Source of the DNA: Octopus vulgaris
Taxonomy: Eukaryota
NCBI GenBank assembly: GCA_951406725.2
Contig: OX597816.1
Coordinates: 7,440,001-7,504,000, forward strand
Direction of reading: 5' to 3'
Length of the DNA stretch: 64,000 nucleotides
Below the pieces are notes generated by a model. The model did no database searches. It saw only the letters and a list, made by a program, of their open reading frames with translations, and had not been told where the DNA came from. The position numbers were made by a program, and so were the translations under genes. This document shows, piece by piece, positions 54,773 through 64,000 of the stretch. The stretch's first letter is position 1, and each line of letters opens with the position of its first letter.

Positions 54773-54775
<3 letters not shown>
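54216..54775 (-). mobile_element. 5'-inverted copy of the 90-646 element
   Basis: 54216-54681 is the reverse complement of about 183-646, while 54684-54775 is a forward copy of 90-180. Confidence 0.9.
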
Positions 54776-54832
<57 letters not shown>

Positions 54833-54918
54833 AGAGAGAGAGAGAAAGAAAGCATATGTATCTATATATGTGAGTGTGGGGGGATTCTGCGCGTGTATCT
54901 GTTTATTAATTCCTATAG

Positions 54919-54958
<40 letters not shown>

Positions 54959-55466
54959 ACTATATTTATACATATCTGTCTGTACATATGTATGCATATA
55001 TATATATGCATACATGCACGTATGTGTATATGTCTATGTGTATTTGTATGCGCAGTGCCGTGAGTAAAGCCTGAGAATTGCGACTTGGTGGATTTCATGA
55101 AGCAAACTGTATTTCAGTTACTAATTAAAACAAAAGACGACGTATCTCAAAGAAAAATTCCGGTTCTTCTCGGCCCGTTTTCTCGAGACACACGCACTAT
55201 AACCGGCATGGGAAACAAAAGCGTCTACATTATGCCCTACACTCACACGACCATTGTTTCTCGACCTCACACCGTTTTAAATATCTTAGATAGCTTCTTA
55301 CATTTACATTGTTCTAGCTGTTTATGTTCAGGTTTTGTGTCACACTTTTATTTCTTCGAAGTTTTTAGGAAGAACACATTTTGAAATACAATGCCTTTAA
55401 AAAAATACCTTAATCACCAGAATCAAGCGATGTTATTGGCAATTATTTAAAAAAAAAAGTCTATCT

Positions 55467-55990
55467 CTGTGCCGCATATAAGCTATTGGGAAAGACTCAA
55501 GAGATTGAGACTTTATTCCTTAGAGCGTAGGCGAGAAAAATATGCCATAATATACATCTGGAAGATCCTAGAAGGACTTGTCCCAAACTTTGGCATCGAG
55601 AGTTACACAAATGCTAGATCTGGGCGCTACTGCATGGTGCCAAGGACTCCAAATTTGCCATCAAGATGTAGGACAAGATACTGTGATAGCCTGGGCTTCC
55701 GAGGCCCACAGCTCTTCAATCTCCTCCCGAAGAACCTAAGAGACCTGCATGGGGTGGATGCAGATGTCTTTAAAATAAAACTGGATCTCTTCTTGTCAGG
55801 TATCCCAGATGAACCAACTTCACGGCAAGAGGTGCAGATGAGGGCAGCTGCATCGAACTCTCTCGTGCACCAAATGGCAATTGCTAAAAAGCATTCGTGA
55901 AGTAAAATCATGTAGCAACACCAAATGGCGGTGCCCCAGCATGGCCACAGCTAGTGAGCTGAAACTAGATAAATAAATAAAAAAATAAAT
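55467..55990 (+). mobile_element. CR1-clade LINE 3' fragment (same family as 17629-19663)
   Basis: SYWERLKRLRLYSLERRR...FRGPQLFNLLP...FKIKLDLFL, same 3'UTR, (AAAT)n tail. Confidence 0.9.
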
Positions 55991-56285
55991 TCTGAGGAAC
56001 TAAAAAAAAAACAACCCCAAACAAAGTATTCAATTATAATAATATTTAACCAAAGTTTTATGGCCATTCTCGCGCACACATTCCTCTCTTAACATTTCGG
56101 CCTTAAAAGCGCTATATTTCAGACATTATGCTGCTATGGCCACGCCACGTTCTTTAAAATAATCGCAAGTTATAAATGGAAATAGTAAAGCGCGGTAAAG
56201 TCGCACTACTTTACGAGGTCGACCCTGCCTTTCATCCTTTCGGGGTCGATAAATTAAGTACCAGTCGTGTACTGGGGTCGATCTA

Positions 56286-56313
56286 ATGGACTGACCCCCT
56301 CTATCCCTGTCTG

Positions 56314-56383
<70 letters not shown>

Positions 56384-56387
56384 AATT

Positions 56388-56418
<31 letters not shown>

Positions 56419-56424
56419 ATCTGC

Positions 56425-56456
<32 letters not shown>

Positions 56457-56544
56457 TTATCTATCAATCTGTCTGTCTATCTATCTTATCTATTTATCTA
56501 TCAATCTGTCTGTCTGTCTATCTATCTATCTATTTATCTATCAA

Positions 56545-56606
<62 letters not shown>

Positions 56607-56672
56607 AATTTGTCTGTCTGTCTGTCTGTGTGTCTCTCTCTATCTGTCTGTCTGTCTGTCTATCTATCTATA

Positions 56673-56731
<59 letters not shown>
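56286..56731. repeat. (TATC)n/(TGTC)n microsatellite
   Basis: Visible directly. Confidence 0.9.
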
Positions 56732-56732
<1 letters not shown>

Positions 56733-57330
56733 CGAATATAAGCAAGAAGGGTAGTAATATTATTTACTACCAGGTGCCCAGCACAAAAGACGAATTAGTC
56801 ATAAGACAAAAATATTATTCATATAGAAAAATATTATTCATGTGGTTATACAATTAAGGGCTCCTAAATAAAGATGCCGAGTGCTGGGAACACAAAAAGG
56901 GGATGAATTTATCGACAGTGAAAATCAAAAACGTTTACCGATAACTTTAACAACTCGTACCGCGGTTTCTGCTTCTTTCTAGCAAAACACAGAATATGTT
57001 TGCTAAGGCTGGCTTCATCAGCGAGTCGCCTGAATTTAATCGAGGTCTGCAGCGATGTGGGGCTATATGTTAAACCCGACTACTAGCAGATCTTAACTTT
57101 TCAAATCTCTGCGCAGACGCAAAATTTACACGGGCATGCCGGGAAGAATTTTACGAATAAATTCATCATGTAGTATGCGAATATAAGCAAGAAGGGTAGT
57201 AATATTATTTACTACCAGGTGCCCAGCACAAAAGACGAATTAGTCATAAGACAAAAATATTATTCATATAGAAAAATATTATTCATGTGGTTATACAATT
57301 AAGGGCTCCTAAATAAAGATGCCGAGTGCT
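56733..57330 (-). mobile_element. Element with identical 153-bp direct repeats (56733-56885 and 57178-57330) enclosing a hammerhead motif
   Basis: cgaatataagcaagaagg...aaagatgccgagtgct occurs twice with a 445-bp period. Confidence 0.75.
56949..57030 (-). ncRNA. Type I hammerhead ribozyme candidate
   Basis: Minus strand reads GGCGACTCG CTGATGA AGC...TTAGCAAA/TTTGCTAG...GC A GAAA CCGCGG TA CGAGTTGTT: 9-bp stem I, intact core, palindromic stem III, GUA site. Confidence 0.7.
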
Positions 57331-57690
57331 TGGTTTTGGTTTAAAGAAAATACAGGAGGATCAGTTACTTATGATTTTATTCATCATATTCCCCTCCTCA
57401 AATTCACACACGTATTGCAGCGACCCTTCAGGTTTTTCAAAGCCCTATAAAAGAACTAGGAACGCTGTGTACCCAACAAGGCCTTTCGCGACCTTTTCAG
57501 CACCTCCTCGTAACAGTAAAATATTATCCACTTCCAAAATTGTAAGTTGGATTTCATTAAATTAGGAAATTTATAACGATTTCGAAATTATTTATCATTT
57601 TAAATACGAAATAATACCTTTGGTTTCGTTTTTGTAGGTATTGGTTAATTTATCTAGCACGGACTGCTCGAAGCATACAATCCTGGATCT

Positions 57691-57739
<49 letters not shown>

Positions 57740-57771
57740 CACACATAAACACACACACACATATTATATAT

Positions 57772-58530
57772 AGGATGAGATCAATAAACTGTTGTTTAAA
57801 TTACGCAAAAATGAAAATAACACTGATATCTCATTTTAACAGATATGTTTACCAAAGTTTCATTAAAATATCTTGAAATACTAAAGAGTAAATATATTCA
57901 ATAAAATCGCCATTGGCTTCAACCACGGTCTCCAGACGACTTTGGAATCTCCTACAACTCTTCCGGAGTTCACCGTGTTTAGGTTGGTGAATGCTGCCAT
58001 AATCCTTGCCTTCAGTTCATTTTTGGTGTTACAAGGAGTTTTGTTAGTCTTTCGTTCAACTGCGCCCCACATATAATAAACAAGGGGGTTGCAGTAAGGA
58101 GAGTTAGGTGGCCAGATATTAAGGGTGATTTGGCTGCAGAAATTGTATGACAGTTATGACTGGGTTCTCCTGCTTGTGTGGCATGGTGCAGAGTCCCTAG
58201 TGCCAAAAGAGGTCTTCCAGCAGCCACCCTCTTGACCCAGAGCAGCCACCCTCTTGACCCAGAGGCACTTGATGTAGGCCTTCATGTTGAGTCTGAAGAT
58301 GAATAGAGGCATAACCTCACCATCACCAGTGGTCACTCCAAGCACCATGATGTTGACTGAACGTTTGATTTTTATCACTCTCGGTACAAGTCCTCAGACC
58401 GCCACCCAAACACTCTGAAATGTTTGTATTAGAGCTTCCGGTGAGAATGCCAAGCAGCACAGTACCAAATGCTGAACCTCGCAATTCCAACCATTGAGAG
58501 AATACGAAAGAGTACATGAGCGGCCTCACT
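57772..58530 (-). mobile_element. Tc1/mariner-superfamily transposase relic
   Basis: Minus frames DSAPCHTSR and WPPNSPYCNPLVYYMWGAVE, with frameshifts. Confidence 0.75.
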
Positions 58531-59441
58531 TCTCCGCTGCGTCAAGTAGCTTCACCTGCCGCATATGTCATTGCTGCTGCAGATCAAGCGCAGGCCTTCT
58601 AGTCAACATGCGAGCCTGCCAGAGATGAATACTGAATATGAACAATGTCGACCAACGACGGTCAGCGGAAGATGTGTGGCGGGGGGGGGTGCCCGCACGT
58701 GTGTAATACACACTGGCAAACTACACACTCGCATATAGGCTTGTGTATGTGTTTACAAGCGTGTATGAATAGAGCCTCCATACACGTGTGCGTAAGCCAA
58801 GAGCGATCTGATAACGAACCGTGAAAAAAAGAATGTCTGAAACAAAAATAAAAAATATAAAATGAAACTGAAGTGAAATATGAGAGAATTGTGAAGAGAA
58901 ACGACATAGAAAACGGGTGGCATGGTTAATCTGTTCAGTTATTTGGGGTATCTCTGATTAAAAGAACAGGCAAACACATTTCTGAGCAGGGTAAAGAGTC
59001 GCTGGAGAGAAAGTGAAACTGGTTTTGACATGATAAGAAAAAAAAGTTCATAAAACGACGACAAACTACAGCAAAAAGAGAAGCAACAGGTTTTCTATGC
59101 AATGTCTTCAGGGAGTGTTCAGTGATGCTGAGGGGGCGGCCTTCATTGTCTTATCCAATTATCCTATCAGTAATGAAGAAATGAAACTAATTCATGTTTA
59201 CGGGACGTCTATAGCTAAGTACAACTTTGTACAATGGGCTATATATAAGTCAATATACATGGTTATGTGTAGGTCTGTATATAAAGATTTGTATAATTCT
59301 ATGTACATAGCTGTCTGTTGGTCTGTACGTATGTCTGTCTCTTTCTCCCCCCCCTCTCTCTCAATATATTGCCAGAGTAAGTACATAAATGTGAAACAAG
59401 GTGGGAAAAATAGTACTCGAATACCAGAGGTAGAGTAATAT

Positions 59442-59568
59442 GCTTTATTAAAAAGCAGCAAAAATATTACAAAAGTTGTTACTCGGACAGTTTTGTTTAG
59501 AATCTAAACGGGAACGTGAAACTCTGAGTAACAGCTTTTGAGATATTTTTGCTGCTTTTTAATAAAGT
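59442..59568. repeat. Short foldback palindrome
   Basis: ctttattaaaaagcagcaaaaatat versus atatttttgctgctttttaataaag. Confidence 0.75.
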
Positions 59569-60061
59569 GTATATATATATATATAAACTTAGATAAACTT
59601 AGATATGTTTCGACCAAAGATTGGTCCAGGCCATGTCTAACTTAATAGCACCACCTGATAGGATTATTCGAATTCTGTTTATATATACATCAATAATAAT
59701 AAAGGATAAAATTAATTAATTAATGAACCAGTAATTAATAATTCCACCAAATAGAATTCGGCGTGAAAAAGGACCATTTTTCGGTAAACTTAAACAATAT
59801 TTTATAATTACGAGTATAATTATAATTAGGGTTCAGCAAAGATTTGCTTTACCACATACCGAAGTTTAGAAATAGCAGCCAAAGAACCTTAGCTATTTCT
59901 TCTACTATAAGAAGAGATGTATGTATGTATGTATGTATGTATGTATGTATGTATGTATGTATGTATGTATGTATGTATGTATGTATGTATGTATAATCTT
60001 GTAAGCAATTATAGCTACTCAGAATAGAATTTAGAAGACCGGGAATAGTGGAAAAGCAATC

Positions 60062-60440
60062 AGGAGTGGCTGTGTGGTAAGTAGCTTGCTAACCAACCAC
60101 ATGGTTCCGGGTTCAGTCCCACTGCGTGGCATCTTGGGCAAGTGTCTTCTGCTATAGCCCCGGGCCGACCAAAGCCTTGTGAGTGGATTTGGTAGACGGA
60201 AACTGAAAGAAGCCCGTCGTATATATGTATATATATGTATTCGTGTGTGTGTTTGTGTTTGTCCCCCTAGCATTGCTTGACAACCGATGCTGGTGTGTTT
60301 ATGTCCCCGTCACTTAGCGGTTCGGCAAAACAGACCGATAGAATAAGTACTGGGCTTACAAAGAATAAGTCTCGGGGTCGATTTGCTCGATTAAAGGTGG
60401 TGCTCCAGCATGGCCGCAGTCAAATGACTGAAACAAAGAA
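60062..60440 (+). mobile_element. SINE family A
   Basis: Full-length copy. Confidence 0.9.
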
Positions 60441-61754
60441 AAAAAAAATGCAAGTAAACAACAAACGCACGCACACACACACACATACAATTACACACAC
60501 ACACACACAAACAAACAAAGACAAACCTTTATATATTATGCATGATGTACGTCTAGCAATGTCGGAAGTCATGGTCAGCAAGGAGCAGCAAAAAAGATAT
60601 AGAAGTCATAAGTAAATGGATCTCCGTTGGTTTCGACGATGAGTTATTTCAGTTGTTCCAACAATTGATCTTGCTATTCATTAAAAAATATATAGATGGT
60701 TGGGTGTACCTCAGTCATGCGTAACCTTACAGCAATTCTCAGACTGAACCAACATGTCTTAATATCTAACAAAAGAAGACCTTTAAATTACGGCTTCCGT
60801 ACAGTTTCTTCCCGTCTGGTCCATTTTACTTGGTTCGTCACGGGGTTGTTATACGGCCCACGATGTCAACACGCGGGATCGATCCTGCAGCAGCATGATT
60901 TCAGAACAAGCTTCTTAATTACTCGGCCATGCTTATAGACCACGAAATATGTACAAAGATATGCTTGTATTGGGACTTCCGTCGGTTTCTTCGACTCATG
61001 CAAGTGGCTGAGTCCTCCGCAGACACGTGAACCCTTCATGCAAGCCTCAGATCGAATCGATGTAACTAAACCTTTGAAGTTCAGGTTCGATCCATTCAAC
61101 AGGCTTCTATTCAGTTTTCGTTTATACAACCTGAGTCACAATACTTGAATGGAAGCGAAGTAATGATAACAAAACTTGCCTAAGATGCCTCGCTGTGGGA
61201 TCGATCCAGCACTCTATGGTTTTGAAGCGAACTTCTTAACCACTTAGCCACGTTTTCGGCCACATATAGGTTAGATTTATACTCACAAACACTTATATAT
61301 TTACGCACACACATCCATGTAACATATACATATACATCCGTAAACATACAGTATACACCTACACACACACAGACATATAAAATATAGACGCATACGTATA
61401 TAACATATTTACGCACACACACATACGTACAATATGTACTTAGACATACACACACATACATATAACGAATACATACATACATACACGCACGCACACACAC
61501 AAACGTAATGGTGCAAACCACAAACTGAAAGTAGATAGCAGACGAGAGACACTCGAGAAACGCGGCAAGCGGTCGTCAGGCGCAAACACCATAAAAGGAC
61601 ATTTTCTATCGAATCCCAAAAGCAGGACCGCTAAGCCTGACCCCACTCCAACTGCAACGCACATGTAAACAGGTGGAAAATATTAAGAAAATTCTCGTAA
61701 AATCAACACACACACACACACGTATGTTATGCATGTATGTATGTAAGTTTGCAT

Positions 61755-62030
61755 ATATATATAATATATAATATATAATATATATAATATATAATATATA
61801 ATATATAATATATATAATATATAATATATAATATATATAATATATATGATATATAATATATAATATATAATATATATATAATATATAATATATATAATAT
61901 ATAATATATAATATATAATATATATAATATATAATATATAATATATATAATATATAATATATATAATATATAATATATTATATATATAATATACATTTAT
62001 ATTATATATATAAATATGTATATATATATA
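61755..62030. repeat. (ATATA/ATATATA)n AT-only minisatellite
   Basis: Visible directly. Confidence 0.9.
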
Positions 62031-62275
62031 TATGTGGGTGGGCGTATCGGGAATTTTACCTGCCCTAGATAGATGCATATATAATATATATATACACATA
62101 TTTTGTGTTGTAAAAAGCTTGCTTCCCAATCACATGGTTCCGGGTTCAGTCCCACTACGGGGCACTTTGTGTGACTTCTACTATAGTCTGGGGCTGACCA
62201 AAACCTTGTCAGTGGATTTGGTAGGCGAAAACTAAAAGAAACCCATCGTATGTATATATATATATATAAAAATAA

Positions 62276-62312
<37 letters not shown>

Positions 62313-62514
62313 TATTTTTGTTATTTGTTATTTTTTTATTTGCCCTGTTCGTGTGAGCTAACAATCGTACTGACTTTCATAGGAAACATGTATTTTTGTG
62401 GTTGAAACCTTTTGGATTTTCTAGTGCTAGAATGAGCCACATAGTGACCATTCTCTTATATTTATTTTTGTATAAAATGTTATTTCCCACACGCAACATC
62501 CACATTCAACAACA

Positions 62515-64000
62515 ATGAAAAGACTAGAGCTGGAAAAACTTCATCTGCAGACTAACATGAAAACCTCCATTGAAAATCAGAGAGCTGTGGAGGAACAATG
62601 GGTAATCAAAAACATCAAACAGAACCCAAAAGTGTTCTATTCTTATGCAAATAAGCATAGAACCACTGTCTCACCTATTGGGCCATTGATTGATGAAAAC
62701 GGCATTCCCCAACACGATGCTAAAGAAATGGCAGAAATACTGCAGAAACAATATTGCTCTGTCTTCAGTGTTCCCACTGATATTGATGTGAGGGAAACGA
62801 ACGAAGCTGACTCCCAACACAAAATCGCAGACATAACCTTCACTGCCACCGACATCGTAGCAGCAATAAATGAGGTCAAACATTACTCCGCTGTAGGCCC
62901 TGATAGATTTCCCGCCAGTCTCCTGAAGGAATGTAGATATCAACTTGCAGTCCCTCTGACCAACCTCTGGAGAAACTCGTTAGACGCAGGTTATATACCG
63001 AAAAGTTTCTATCCCAGTCGGTCATCCCGGTTTTCAAACAGGGAAACAGATCCCTCGCAGTCAACTATCGCCCAATCTCACTCACCTCCCACATCATTAA
63101 AGTGTTTGAAAGAGTGTTAAGATCAAGGATAGCTGACTTCCTGGAGACCCACAAACTCCTAAATTCAAATCAACATGGCTTTCGCTGTGGCAGGGACTGT
63201 CTAACACAGCTCTTACACCACATTGAAGATGTACTCAAAGCCTTGGGAACAGGTTCGAACTCTGACGTCATATACCTTGACTTCAGTAAAGCGTTCGACA
63301 GGGTAGACCATAACATCCTACTCTCAAATTGGCAAATGTTGGAATCCGTGGAAAAGTTCTACACTGGATTCAGTATTTCCTAGCGAATAGAACACAACAT
63401 GTTGTAGTTGATGGAGTCCACTCAAACCCAGCAAAAGTCACCAGCGGTGTTCCCCAGGGAACTGTTTTGGGTCCGCTACTCTTCATAATTTATGTAAACG
63501 ACCTTTCCAGTGTCGTACATCACTGCAAAGTGAAAATATTCGCTGATGACACTAAGCTCCAGCAAATCGTCAATGAAGAAGCAGACCGAACTCAACTCCA
63601 GTCTGACCTATATGCTGTGAGTCAATGGGCAGACAGAAACAAAATGCAACTGAATGAGGGAAAATTTGAGCTGATGCATTTTGGAAGAAATTCCTCACTA
63701 AAACAACCATACTCTCTTCCTTCAGGGGAACCGCTCACAGCCTCTAACAATATCAGAGACCTGGGTGTAATTGTTGATGACGATCTCAGTTGGAGTGCAC
63801 ACATCAACAAGAAGGTCGATACAGCTCGTAGGATGAGTTCCTGGATCTTAAGAACTTTCCGGTCCAGAGAACAAGGTGTCATCATACCACTTTTTTCATC
63901 CTTTGTACGGCCACACCTTGAATACTGCTGCCCACTGTGGTCTCCTCACACAAGACAAAACATCTCCAGAATTGAGTCACCCCAGAGGGCTCTCACTAAA
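62515..64000 (+). mobile_element. CR1-clade LINE ORF2 fragment (second family), frameshifted, runs off the window
   Basis: NPKVFYSY, AVGPD, QHGFR, YLDFSKAFD, GVPQG, FADD, RPHLEYC, with at least two frameshifts. Confidence 0.92.

Overview
This is a eukaryotic, AT-rich window dense in repeats. The tRNA-derived SINEs and extreme microsatellite load suggest an octopus or other coleoid cephalopod, but that is inference. No complete host gene is visible; there are only two weak minus-strand exon candidates (40016-40409 and 1611-1717), so the window is probably intronic or intergenic. Almost all long ORFs in the ORF track are microsatellite artefacts. Real coding content is retroelement-derived. The largest piece is a full-length Tx1/L1-clade LINE (17095-25020, intact 1149-aa ORF2) sitting in a (TATC)n tract, whose ORF1 is split by a nested CR1-like LINE flanked by a TATCT target-site duplication. 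There are also further CR1 fragments, two Penelope-like fragments, mariner/Tc1 relics, non-autonomous Helitrons, palindromic MITEs, several SINE families and a U6 3' fragment. The most unusual signals are RNA-structural. They include several unrelated hammerhead-ribozyme-like motifs tied to Penelope-type direct or inverted repeats (best at 56949-57030, minus strand), a ~600-nt hairpin not assignable to any repeat in this window whose mismatches are strand-biased (49032-49624), a shared GTCG-loop-GGCGA(C/G)TAA stem-loop motif in two different GC-rich segments, and SINE multimers with an identical junction at independent loci. All calls were made by eye, with no database search or folding run.
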